Virus record (IMG/VR): IMGVR_UViG_3300020045_004009 | Span: 1-55,913 of that record | Strand: one strand, 5' to 3' | Length of the DNA stretch: 55,913 bases | From: a virus | Taxonomy: Duplodnaviria > Caudoviricetes | Part shown: in pieces, positions 39,780 to 50,500 of the stretch | Numbering within the stretch: the first letter of the stretch is position 1 | How the letters are laid out: the number at the start of each line of letters is the position of its first letter | Made by a program: the position numbers and the translations under genes | The notes under the pieces: generated by a model | Told to the model about the DNA's origin: nothing | Database searches by the model: none | What the model saw: only the letters and a program-made list of their open reading frames with translations

Positions 39780-40136
39780 ATGGTAATTTTAATTGTAGGA
39801 AAAGCAATCGCATCTAGTATAATAAGTATTGGAGTAGGTTCAGTAGCTACAAACATTGTTAAGACGGTTATGCCTGTCGCTACAAAACCGCTTATGAAAG
39901 CGGCGATGTGGGTAGGTACGGCCGCAATGGCAAGTGTAGCAGCTAAATCAGCAGGAGATATCTTTGATAAAAAGGTAGATGCAGTGCTAGGAATCAAGGA
40001 AATGGTCAAAAAAGAGATTCAAAAGATTAATTCTAAAGTAGAGGAAAAGAAAAGTAAAAAACTTAAACCGGAAAATGTAGTAATTGAAGTCGGAAACGAC
40101 AACCAAGTATGCAGTAACGAGGTAAAGGAAAACTAA
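39780..40136 (+). CDS. Hydrophobic N-terminal, Lys-rich hypothetical protein
   Basis: Promoter 39727; GAAGGAG RBS; terminator overlaps the stop. Confidence 0.6.
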   Translation: MVILIVGKAIASSIISIGVGSVATNIVKTVMPVATKPLMKAAMWVGTAAMASVAAKSAGDIFDKKVDAVLGIKEMVKKEIQKINSKVEEKKSKKLKPENVVIEVGNDNQVCSNEVKEN

Positions 40137-40176
40137 TCCTTTCCTCTTTTGTCTTTCTCTTGAAAGGAGAATCACT

Positions 40177-40668
40177 ATGATTAAACTTATTAATACCGAT
40201 TCTAAAGAAGTACTACAAAAGTTAGACGACGATGATGTGATTTTTGTACCCAGCATTGGCGAAAAAGTAATAAACCTCGGCGAGACATTCATTGTAGAGG
40301 ATATTATCCACGATTTTACATTCGAAGATACTATTTATATCCACATTAGAACACAGGGAGTTATAGCTCCTGAAAATGGATGTCGGACCCGTCATACAGT
40401 TACAAAACCTAAACGCACCTATGACTTTATTGGAGAATTAGTCTTTGTTAAGTTAGGTGATGCTGAAGATGTTGTATCTGCGATGCACGATATGTTATTA
40501 ACTTATAATAATTTATCCGTCGCTGACGTTAAAAATATATGTGGCCTTAGTCCTAATTTTTCAGATCATAAAATAGGTTGGACGTATCCGCAACCAAGTA
40601 TTTGTATATTTAGGTGCGGAGAAGGGTATCGTATTGCTATGCCATTGGCTGAAGAGTTCGGAAGTTGA
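40177..40668 (+). CDS. Hypothetical protein, C-terminal domain paralogous to 40682 and 41172
   Basis: SVAD...G......D..IGW...GY.I.MP. Confidence 0.6.
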   Translation: MIKLINTDSKEVLQKLDDDDVIFVPSIGEKVINLGETFIVEDIIHDFTFEDTIYIHIRTQGVIAPENGCRTRHTVTKPKRTYDFIGELVFVKLGDAEDVVSAMHDMLLTYNNLSVADVKNICGLSPNFSDHKIGWTYPQPSICIFRCGEGYRIAMPLAEEFGS

Positions 40669-40681
40669 AAGGAGAAATTAT

Positions 40682-41170
40682 ATGAATGTTACGATAAGAT
40701 TAGAAGACGAGCAAAAACCAAAAGATATCGATGTGGATTATACTATTATTATAAAAGAGTCAATAGTAGAAAATACACAAATGCGAGCTATGGCGCATGA
40801 AGCTGTAGATTCTTTCTTCGATGCGCTACCTAAACCTTCTGACGTTAAAAAAATGTATGGCGATGCACTACTGACGATGACAACTAAACCTCCTGACGCA
40901 CTTAATAACCATATGGAGAGGCCAATGGAATATATGCTGCAATTTCCCTCAAAATTCGAAGCGAATAGAACGTTAGAGTTTCTTCAGACGTGTATTTCAA
41001 AATATAGTGTAGCAACTATCACCGATCTATATGCATATCGAGGCGAAATAAGCGAACGAGAAGATTCTATGTACGGATGGAGTGATCTTACTGGCGCGGA
41101 CATTGTTAATGATGGATGTGGTTACGCGTTATTGTTGCCGTCAATACAGAATATAAAAGGAGAAAAATAA
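40682..41170 (+). CDS. Hypothetical protein, shared C-terminal domain
   Basis: ATITDLY...G.....D..YGWSDL...GYALLLP. Confidence 0.6.
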   Translation: MNVTIRLEDEQKPKDIDVDYTIIIKESIVENTQMRAMAHEAVDSFFDALPKPSDVKKMYGDALLTMTTKPPDALNNHMERPMEYMLQFPSKFEANRTLEFLQTCISKYSVATITDLYAYRGEISEREDSMYGWSDLTGADIVNDGCGYALLLPSIQNIKGEK

Positions 41171-41171
41171 A

Positions 41172-41828
41172 ATGAACGACGGATTAACGAGGGATAGTTA
41201 TCCCTCAAATTCTAAGCTAGTCAAAAAAGAAGAAGTAAAAGTTGAGGATAAGAAGGTCGAGAAGGTTATCTCAGGAATAGCGAGGAAGAAAAAGCGGTCG
41301 TTCGGAAAGAAGTTGGCTGAGACCTTTCTCGAGGATGACACAAAGACGGTTGGTAGTTATGTGGTGCACGATGTACTTATTCCGGCTGCTAAATCGATGA
41401 TTTGTGATATTGTTGGGTGGGGCGGATTTGCCGAGATGATGCTCTTTGGTGGCAAAAAAGGTAGCCGCACTACCAGAGATCGTGGAAAATCAATCACTAA
41501 TTATAGCAATGTATCTTACCGCCAGTCCGAAAGCAGAGATAGAGACACGCCTAGGAGTCGAGAAGTCTCTAAAACAAGTAGAGCTAGACATGACTTTGAC
41601 GAGATTATTCTTGAAACCCGTGGTGAGGCAGAGCAAGTCTTATCTCATCTTGTAGATCTAGTGGTGGATTATGATGAGGCCACTGTAGCTGACTTCTATG
41701 ACTTAGTCGGTATTACAACCGAGTTTACTGACAATAAATATGGTTGGACGGATCTACGCAATGTCGCTGTCAGTAGAGTACGTGGGGGATATGTGATAAA
41801 TCTTCCGAGGACACAACCGTTAGACTGA
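41172..41828 (+). CDS. Conserved phage protein, shared C-terminal domain
   Basis: ATVADFYDLVG....TDNKYGWTDL...GYVINLP. Confidence 0.7.
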   Translation: MNDGLTRDSYPSNSKLVKKEEVKVEDKKVEKVISGIARKKKRSFGKKLAETFLEDDTKTVGSYVVHDVLIPAAKSMICDIVGWGGFAEMMLFGGKKGSRTTRDRGKSITNYSNVSYRQSESRDRDTPRSREVSKTSRARHDFDEIILETRGEAEQVLSHLVDLVVDYDEATVADFYDLVGITTEFTDNKYGWTDLRNVAVSRVRGGYVINLPRTQPLD

Positions 41829-41872
41829 TTCGTAGGAAAAACACCGTCTATAATGAAAGGCGGTGTACGCAT

Positions 41873-42061
41873 ATGAATAATAAACTAACGATCGGGTTAA
41901 TAGCTCTCGGATGTATTATAACTGGAATAACTCTCAACATTTTTAGAATGGGGAGAGAAGAAAAAGAAAGGAAAGATATTGAAGAGCATGCCGAACTGAT
42001 AAAAAGCGTTATTACAGTAATGACACCAGACTTTAACATAATAGAAGAGGAAGCTAAATAA
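41873..42061 (+). CDS. Small membrane protein
   Basis: Promoter variant at 41830; N-terminal TM. Confidence 0.55.
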   Translation: MNNKLTIGLIALGCIITGITLNIFRMGREEKERKDIEEHAELIKSVITVMTPDFNIIEEEAK

Positions 42062-42099
42062 ACTTCTTTCTTTTGTTTCAATTTGTAGTGGGAGGTCAT

Positions 42100-42285
42100 A
42101 TGAAAAAATGTTTTATTAGAATGCCGAGACATCATGGCCGCACAGCCGCAAAGGAGAGTTTTAATAATTATCTACACGCAATGGGCCGAACGGACAAATG
42201 TATCATGTGTAGTGGGTACATTCCTGAAGGTGTACAAATCTGTAGAAATTGTAATGAAAGGACGGGTATTAAATATGATAGATAA
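42100..42285 (+). CDS. Small Zn-ribbon protein
   Basis: GGGAGG RBS; CIMC...CRNC. Confidence 0.5.
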   Translation: MKKCFIRMPRHHGRTAAKESFNNYLHAMGRTDKCIMCSGYIPEGVQICRNCNERTGIKYDR

Positions 42286-42461
42286 ACCCCCCGAATGCCA
42301 GGACGACGTCAAGCATAAGACTGATGACACCACTGGTAGAGTTATCACAAAATATCGAATGAACGGATTTGATTTCTTGGATGTCCGTGGCTCGAACGAT
42401 AAGATATACTACATGACTCCCTCTGAAAACTGGGAGGTTGTAAATACGGAGGAGGAGCGGG

Positions 42462-42686
42462 ATGAGTAAATATTATACGCCTTGCCCTTCCTGCGGAGCT
42501 AATCTTGATCCCGAAGAAAAATGTGAGTGTCTTACTAAAGACGCTTTACTTGACCCAATTGAGGAATACGCATCCACCTTCGCTAAGAATCATGGTATCA
42601 CCTTATCAGAAGCGTTCGACCGTCCGATGGTAAAGGCTTATGCGGAAGTTTATACTTATAACCGGACACAAGGAAGGAGATTATAA
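42462..42686 (+). CDS. Small Zn-finger protein
   Basis: CPSCGANLDPEEKCEC. Confidence 0.55.
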   Translation: MSKYYTPCPSCGANLDPEEKCECLTKDALLDPIEEYASTFAKNHGITLSEAFDRPMVKAYAEVYTYNRTQGRRL

Positions 42687-42688
42687 AA

Positions 42689-42988
42689 ATGAGCGATCAT
42701 GAACCGCCAAAGGTAATATATCTCTGTGACCAGCGGGCCTGTGATCCTTGTTCTCACATGGAATGTCATCATACTTTTGATATTAGACACGCTGTAAATT
42801 TCAAGAATAATGGCGCCAATGAATTTATTGAGCAGGAGCGGTTTGAGATAAGAAATCCTCATCTCTATAAAGAAATACTAAACAACCTTTTGATCGGAAT
42901 AGATCTTAGTAAAAGCAAAGACATGTCGGCCACAAAAAGAATATTAAATCAAAAATTTAGAAAATGGAAAAGGGGATTTATAAAATGA
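42689..42988 (+). CDS. Hypothetical Cys/His protein
   Basis: YLCD..AC..C....C.HT..I.HA.NF. Confidence 0.5.
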   Translation: MSDHEPPKVIYLCDQRACDPCSHMECHHTFDIRHAVNFKNNGANEFIEQERFEIRNPHLYKEILNNLLIGIDLSKSKDMSATKRILNQKFRKWKRGFIK

Positions 42989-43102
42989 ATAAACCTGATG
43001 TTATTTAACTTTGAGTTTTATGGTAAACCGTCAAGTATTTTAATGTAACAACGATAACCCAAGTAATATTAAATCAAAAAATTGGAAAGGAAACGATTAA
43101 AA

Positions 43103-44035
43103 ATGAGTAAAATATTGAATGGTCTTATGAAAATGTCCGGACGTACGGGGTTGGTGTTATCAAAGCATAGCCCTGAGATTCTATTGGTGACTGGTATAGC
43201 TAGTGCTATTGCTGGAACCATATTGGCTTGCCGCGCTACGCTAAAGGTAGACGAGGTTATGGACGCCCATAATATGAAAATTGATAAAATCCATAGTACT
43301 TGGCAGAAGGTGCAAGATGGAGAATTGGAACTTGCCAAATACTCGGAGACAGACAAGCAGAAGGATATTACTGTTACTTACGTGCAAACTGCTTGGGAAT
43401 TCATTAAGATTTATGGCCCCGCTGTGTCTTTAGGAGCGGCGTCAATTGTGTGTATACTCAGCAGTCACGGTATTATGCGGAAGCGCTCTGTGGCCCTTAT
43501 AGCGGCCTACAATGCCCTTGAGGAAGGCTTCAGTGCATACCGCAAAAGAGTTAAGGATGAGTTCGGCGAGGAAAAGGAATATATGCTCCGCCATGGGATT
43601 AAGAAACAGCAGGTTGTGGAGTCTGAAGTAGATAAGGACGGTATATCTCACAGCGTTGTAAAAGACCGTTTTACTACCGAACCAGGTTATACGCCTAGTA
43701 TCTATGCTCGAGTCTTCGATGAAACCTGCTTTGAGTGGACTAAAGATGCGCAATACAATATGCTGTTCTTACAACAACAACAGAATTTCTTTAATGAGAT
43801 GCTTATTGTTAAAGGCCATGTTTTCTTGAATGAGGTATATGACGCGTTGGGAATTCCAAGGTCAACTCCAGGTTCTATCGTCGGTTGGGTTATTAGTAAA
43901 GGCCATGGTGACAATTATATTGACTTTGGTATCTTTAATGGTGAGAATCCTCGGGCAGCTGCGTTTATTAATGGTTACGAGCGCAGTGTATTGCTTGACT
44001 TCAATGTTGATGGCGTTATTTACGACAAGATCTGA
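43103..44035 (+). CDS. Conserved phage protein (DUF6353-like)
   Basis: HSPEILL..G, GHVFLNEVYD.LG, VGW, LDFNVDG. Confidence 0.75.
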   Translation: MSKILNGLMKMSGRTGLVLSKHSPEILLVTGIASAIAGTILACRATLKVDEVMDAHNMKIDKIHSTWQKVQDGELELAKYSETDKQKDITVTYVQTAWEFIKIYGPAVSLGAASIVCILSSHGIMRKRSVALIAAYNALEEGFSAYRKRVKDEFGEEKEYMLRHGIKKQQVVESEVDKDGISHSVVKDRFTTEPGYTPSIYARVFDETCFEWTKDAQYNMLFLQQQQNFFNEMLIVKGHVFLNEVYDALGIPRSTPGSIVGWVISKGHGDNYIDFGIFNGENPRAAAFINGYERSVLLDFNVDGVIYDKI

Positions 44036-44698
44036 GAGCGTGACGGTTTAAACGCAGTCGGTTGTGGCAACTTTTATCAAGATGTGATAGATTATCCTAA
44101 TTTATATTTGTATGACCATGGGAGCGTAGACACTTCTGACGAGGGGTGTTTTCTAGACGTGTACCCATGGTTGCATGAGGAGGAGTGAGTATGGGTAGTA
44201 GTATTCCTGACTTTATGATCCTGTATTATGAAGATGAGAACATTTTCAGAGATGCAGATATGGGGCATATTATCTATAATATTTACGAGATACTTACTCC
44301 TTCTCAAATCTTCCTTTTTCGCCACAGCTTAGAACATAATTGTTTTCCTACCAGATACGATCGCAATGTCTGGTGCGAGATAATAGTGATTCCAGATGAG
44401 ACTTGTGGCGCCCAATATGAGGAAGAGTGGCCTATAGATGACGACATGGTAGAAGATTGGGGAGATGACTACGAACGCGTTGGCCGATATCACAGATCGA
44501 AGCAAGGAGGAGTGTTTAGATGATAGAAATTAAATTTAAGGAATGTTGCAACGAATGCGAGAATCGTAACACATACATTGAGGAGGATGTGATAAGTTTA
44601 TATAGTGGCGGTGGATTAGCATCTATACTTAAAAACCAAACAACCATCGGCTGCAAGCATGAAAAAGTTTGCCAAAAATATATTGAGACGAAGGTGGA

Positions 44699-45166
44699 AT
44701 GATAATATTGAAGACGCGTGGATTTACAAGATATGAGATTTTCAACTGTGTTAATACGAACGGATATATTCATTCAAAATTACAAGAAGCGGGTTTTGAT
44801 TTATCTAAGCCTATAACGAGTCATGTAAATGAGGAATCCGACACTGTCATATACACCCAAGAAGACGAACCATCTACCGATCGCATTGTGTTTGCGCAAT
44901 TAGGAGTTGAGGTGGCTTCGCAAAACTCCGTAGGTAATACTGAGACTTGTGTTATCGAGGAAATGTCAGAGTTGACTAAGGCTATATGTAAAAATCAACG
45001 TGGCCGAGGAGACCATCAACATACCATTGAGGAGATTAGTCATGTACTCTTGATGTGTTATGCGCTAATGACACAATACTCTATAGATGAGTCTGAAGTA
45101 CTTGCCTATGCAAAGAAAGCTGTCAAAAAAATGTATGACGAAAATAAGACTGGAGGAAATATATAA
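44699..45166 (+). CDS. MazG-like nucleotide pyrophosphohydrolase
   Basis: IEEMSELTKAICK...IEEISHV (second acidic motif has H in place of the usual D). Confidence 0.6.
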   Translation: MIILKTRGFTRYEIFNCVNTNGYIHSKLQEAGFDLSKPITSHVNEESDTVIYTQEDEPSTDRIVFAQLGVEVASQNSVGNTETCVIEEMSELTKAICKNQRGRGDHQHTIEEISHVLLMCYALMTQYSIDESEVLAYAKKAVKKMYDENKTGGNI

Positions 45167-45461
45167 TGTGTGAATGCACTCCCACCATAAAAACACCATG
45201 GTGTAAGAATTGTAGGCCAGAGAAACAATCGGAGACATTAATAAAAGGAAATACATTATCGCACATGGTCTATCAAGGAAGTTCGGTCGAAGTAACCGAG
45301 CGCTTAACTTACCAAATGCAAGAACATTGTAGAGAAGGTGTGTCAATACCACTTAAAGGTAGTGATTGTCGGCTTCTTATATCAAACGTGATTAGTTCTT
45401 GTAGCAGTGACCTCGGTGGAGCCCTTGATCAATATGAAATTAGAGTGGAAGGACAAATAGT

Positions 45462-45569
45462 ATGAAAAGATACACTCTAGGTAAAGCTTTGTTTGACTTA
45501 ATTATGATTTGCCTGACTGGTGGATTATGGCTTATCTGGATTCTTGTCAGATTCTTGAGGACGCATTAA
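45462..45569 (+). CDS. 35-aa membrane peptide (paralog of 30207..30311)
   Basis: MKRYTLGKALFDLIMICLTGGLWLIWILVRFLRTH. Confidence 0.75.
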   Translation: MKRYTLGKALFDLIMICLTGGLWLIWILVRFLRTH

Positions 45570-45839
45570 TATGAATAAATGGATGAGTATACTCAAAGGT
45601 GGTCGTAAGAAGGTTAGAAAAGGGGATAAGATCTCATTTATCGTATATTCTGGACCCGATTTATCTGATGCTGTTAAATTATATGAGACTGTACGTACGG
45701 CTAAAGAACATAATTGGCCTATTGAAATTCAAGGGACAACTTTACGTATGTCCGTACATGAGGTCGCTTTAGCCACCGAACCAAAACACAATGATGATTT
45801 AGAGATTCACACCGTAATAATGAGGGGAGAAATTGTATT

Positions 45840-46577
45840 ATGATGCTCAAAACAATAGTTATTAATATTGCCTGTTTTGTAATAGGTGTTGGTGGCGGAA
45901 TGCTACTATCAAGAAAATATTATAATAATCTTGTCGAGGAAGAACTTGTTAGTATTCGTGAGGCTTTTAGACCAAAGGACGTTATTGAGAAGATTCAGAC
46001 GGTAGAAGAAGTTGTTGAGCCTATAAATGACGTACCAGTGATTAACATTCAGTCATTCCGCTCGCGCTCATCTATCATCACTAATCCATACGAGCAAGTT
46101 AAACGGAATTATAATTTACAGAGGGCCACTCCTGAAGAGGAGGAAGCTGCGTCTGATGAAGAAGAAAATGAGGAGGACAATAATGATTTCGATGATGATA
46201 GTGGGTCTACTTTTGATATTACGAAGGTGGATCGGACAGCTCCGTATGTTATAGATGAAGGCGAATTTAGTACGGAATTTGACCATCATGACAAGTCCTC
46301 GCTGATATTCTATCGTCTTGATGGGTTATTAGTCGATGAGGATAAAACGATTATTGATAACGCTGAGGAAATTATTGGGGATGATGCCTTGGTGGAGTTA
46401 GAGCAGCAGTCTACTGTGTTGGTACGTAACGAGCCGCTTTGTATTGATTATGAGATTATGGTTATTACTAACAGCACTTTTGATCAGGCTATGTTGGGAA
46501 TAAACGCTCGTACGAATATGAGCCCTCGAGAACTCCATATCGCTAGACAGAAACGGAAGGATAGTAATGGAAAATAA
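45840..46577 (+). CDS. Acidic protein with N-terminal membrane anchor
   Basis: N-terminal TM; D/E-rich linker; PYVI...F...VRNE....DYEI. Confidence 0.65.
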   Translation: MMLKTIVINIACFVIGVGGGMLLSRKYYNNLVEEELVSIREAFRPKDVIEKIQTVEEVVEPINDVPVINIQSFRSRSSIITNPYEQVKRNYNLQRATPEEEEAASDEEENEEDNNDFDDDSGSTFDITKVDRTAPYVIDEGEFSTEFDHHDKSSLIFYRLDGLLVDEDKTIIDNAEEIIGDDALVELEQQSTVLVRNEPLCIDYEIMVITNSTFDQAMLGINARTNMSPRELHIARQKRKDSNGK

Positions 46578-47112
46578 ATACTTTGATTTCCTTTGTCGTT
46601 TCGTTAAGAGGAATGAGGATTATAGTTTCTTATTGGAAGAATTATATGATATTAGATATATATCCTTAATTCCTAATGACGACAACAGAGGGGTTGATGG
46701 CGAGCAGTTACGAGAGAATTTTATTGATGAGGTGGGGCAACAAGCCCTCTCTCTTTGTCCCATTGGGCCTTGTAATGTTCTCGAAATGCTTATCGGACTA
46801 TCGATTAGACTTGAATTTGAGACCTCACAGAGCCGCTGGGAGAAGTCGGTTAGTGAGTGGTTTTGGATACTTATTGATAACTTAGGACTTACTGGGTTTG
46901 GTAATTCTGTCAGATTTTGTGATGAAAGACGTTCGGTAAAGGGTAAGTACGCTAAGGGAATCGAGGATAAAGTACAAAATATGCTCGAACGTAAGTATGA
47001 TACTGATGGAAATGGTGGTTTATTTCCTCTTAAAAATCCTAAAAAGGACCAACGAAGAGTCGAAATATGGTACCAAATGAGCGAATATATGGCTGAAAAT
47101 TATCCATTTTAG
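46567..47112 (+). CDS. Conserved phage hypothetical protein
   Basis: NDDNRGVDG..LR, LEMLIGL, GNGGLFPL, EIWYQM. Confidence 0.65.
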   Translation: MENKYFDFLCRFVKRNEDYSFLLEELYDIRYISLIPNDDNRGVDGEQLRENFIDEVGQQALSLCPIGPCNVLEMLIGLSIRLEFETSQSRWEKSVSEWFWILIDNLGLTGFGNSVRFCDERRSVKGKYAKGIEDKVQNMLERKYDTDGNGGLFPLKNPKKDQRRVEIWYQMSEYMAENYPF

Positions 47113-47124
47113 TGTTGAAAAAAT

Positions 47125-47455
47125 GCGAAAAAGTGTTACACTTATTTTTTGAAAGTGTAACAAAACGTAACAAAAGTGTAACAAAATTTGAAAATTATTT
47201 TAGAAAAAATTAAAAATGTAAAAAAATGGAAATAAAAAAATGTGAAAAAAACGATTTTGTTACACTTTACTGTAACAATGTTACACTTTCAAAAAAAAGT
47301 GTAACACCCTCTAGGCCTTGGTATGACTGGGTTTGCGGGGTTATGTTACACTTGTTACACTATATTTACTATTTGTTGTGGAAAATGAGTTTAAATATAT
47401 ATACGCAAAAATAAAAAGTTTTATGAAAAAAAAGTGTAACATTGTAACAAACTCT
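47125..47455. repeat. AT-rich region with about 12 direct and inverted (T)GTAACA/TGTTAC(AC) repeats; putative replication origin
   Basis: Copies near 47135, 47155, 47166, 47176, 47258, 47270, 47279, 47299, 47344, 47353, 47434, 47443; directly upstream of the replicase. Confidence 0.7.
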
Positions 47456-47500
47456 AAAAACGGGTTAAAAATCACTAAAAACACAGAAAGGAGGAGGGTT

Positions 47501-50500
47501 GTGGATTTCTATAAAATTACAGAATCTGAAGATACGAAAGGACGAGGAGAGACTAAGAAAAGTACACTTAAGATATGGCCAGATTTCCAAGTCTGTCGTT
47601 CGAAAGATTTAATGATTCGTGGGCGTTCATTTTATGCTATATGGGATGAAGAGAAACAAACTTGGTCGACTGATGAGTATGATGTTCAAAGATTAGTTGA
47701 TCAAGAGTTAAGTGAATATGTGAAGGCTCGTAGAAAAACTTATGTTGGAGATATTGATGTAAAGTATATGTTAATGTCATCATCTAATATATGGAAAAAC
47801 TATCGAGCTTTTGTAAAAGAGATTTCTGATAATGCACATCAGTTAGATAATGATATTGTATTTTCTAATACAGAAGTTAAGAAGAACGATTATGTTAGTC
47901 GACGTTTACCATATCCACTCGAGGAAGGGTCGATCGGGGCTTATGACGAATTGATAAGTACTTTATATGAGCCTGATGAGAGAGTTAAACTTGAGTGGGC
48001 TATTGGAGCTATTGTAAATGGTGATGCAAAAAATATTCAGAAGTTCATTGTATTGTATGGTGATGCTGGTAGTGGTAAATCTACGTTTTTAAATATTGTA
48101 TTAAAACTCTTTGATGGTTATTATACAACATTTGAAGCTAAAGCATTAACTAGTGCTAATAATCTATTCTCAACTGAGGCCTTTAGAAATAATCCGTTGG
48201 TTGCAGTACAACACGATGGGGATCTGTCGCGCATTGAGGATAACACGAAGCTTAATTCAATTATATCCCATGAAGAAATGACTATGAACGAAAAACATAA
48301 ACCTTCATACACTGCTCGCTCGAATGCATTCTTATTTATGGGTACAAATAAACCTGTAAAGATTACGGATGCAAAATCAGGAATTATAAGAAGACTTATT
48401 GATGTGAGACCTACTGGATTAAAAGTTCCAAACAAAAGGTATCATATTTTAATGAGTCAGATTGAATTTGAGCTGGGCGCAATTGCTTGGCATTGTTTAC
48501 GGGTATACCAATCGATGGGTAAGAATTATTATTCAAATTATAGACCTGTCGAAATGATGTATCAGACCGATGTATTCTTCAATTTTATCGAGTCAAACTT
48601 TCACATATTCAAAGAGCAGGATGGGGTTAGTCTTTCTCAAGCTTACGAGATATACAAAACGTATTGTGATGAGGCCTTGGTCGATTTTAAATTACCACGA
48701 CATAAATTTCGTGAAGAGTTAAAATCATATTTTGAGCATTTTGACGATATGACTCGTATTGATGGTAAGCAAATTCGAAGTTATTACTCTGGTTTCCTAA
48801 CAAGTAAGTTTACTGTACATGAGAAGAACAAAGAAGATCCGCCATATTCATTAGTATTAGATGAGACTAATTCTATATTAGATGATAAGTTAGCGGATTG
48901 TTTAGCGCAGTATGCTACTGTTGAGGAAAAACCAGAGAAGAAGTGGGCCGATGTTAAAACTAAACTGTCCGACATTAATACTCGAGAGATTCATTATGTA
49001 CAACCACCTTTAGAACATATTGTTATTGATTTTGATTTAAAGGATGATAGTGGTAATAAATCGATGGAGTTGAATCTTTCGGCGGCTAGTAAATGGCCCC
49101 CTACATATGCTGAATTTAGTAAGAGTGGAGAAGGCGTACATCTACATTATATTTATGACGGAGATGTTAAAAAGTTAAATCCACTTTACGCTGAAAATAT
49201 TGAGGTCAAAGTGTTTACCGGAAACTCTGCTCTTCGACGAAAATTAACAAGATGTAATAACTCACCAATTGCATCTATCAATTCCGGATTACCATTGAAA
49301 GGAGAAAAAATGATTAATTTTGATGCTGTGCAAAGCGAGAAAGGCTTAAGAGATCTAATAATTCGCAATCTTAAAAAAGAGATTCATCCAGGGACAAAAC
49401 CAAGTATTGATTTTATCTTCAAGATATTAGATGATGCATATAAGTCTGGGATGAAGTATGACGTGGTAGATCTTAGACCTAAAATTCTAGCCTTTGCAAA
49501 TAACTCATCACACCAAGCAGATGCGTGTATTAAAATTGTCTGTAAAATGCAATTCGCATCAGACGAACCAAGCACTGTATCAGACTCACCTGAAGAGTAT
49601 CAAAGTGATGAATTGATATTTTATGATGTTGAGGTATTTCCAAATCTATTTGTGATTGTCTGGAAAGCTGAGAATAAATCTCCAGTTAAAATGATTAATC
49701 CTAGCGCAAAAGATGTGGAAATGTTACTTAAATTCAAACTTATTGGTTATAATAATCGTAGATACGACAATCATATTATGTATGCTAGGTATATTGGTTA
49801 TGATAACTATCAATTATATCAGCTTAGTCAAAAAATTGTTGGGGAAAGTCGTAATTGTTTGTTTGGAGAAGCTTATAATTTATCGTACACAGATGTCTAT
49901 GACTTCTCTTCCAAAAAACAAAGTTTAAAAAAGTTTCAGATCGAACTTGGTATTCATCACCAGGAGTTAGGATTACCATGGGATAAACCAGTGCCAAAGG
50001 AGTTATGGGGTAAGGTTGCTGACTACTGTGCTAATGATGTCATATCTCTACAAGCAGTATTTGAGGATCGTAAACAAGACTTCATTGCGCGACTTATTCT
50101 TGCAGATTTAAGTAAACTAACACCTAACGATACTACTCAGATGCACACTGCTAAGATTATCTTTGGAGATGATAAACGACCACGAGATAAATTCATTTAT
50201 ACAGATCTTAGTAAAGACTTTCCAGGGTATGTATTTGATGGAGGAAAGAGTACGTATCGTGGAGAAGAAGTTGGAGAAGGAGGAAAAGTTGATGCGGAAC
50301 CTGGGATGTACACAAACACGCCGGTATTAGATGTAGAGTCTATGCACCCTACGAGTTTAGTCGAGATGAACATGTTTGGCCCATATACACAAAAATTTAA
50401 GGAATTATTAGATGCTCGCTTAGCAATCAAACATAAAGACTATGATGCTGCTCGAAAAATGCTTGGTGGAATCTTATCTAATTACCTCACCAATGATGGC

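Noticed and set aside
47226-47500. ORF 47226..47414 and the N-terminal extension of the replicase from 47333
   Set aside because: They overlap the repeat-rich origin-like region; the RBS supports GTG 47501
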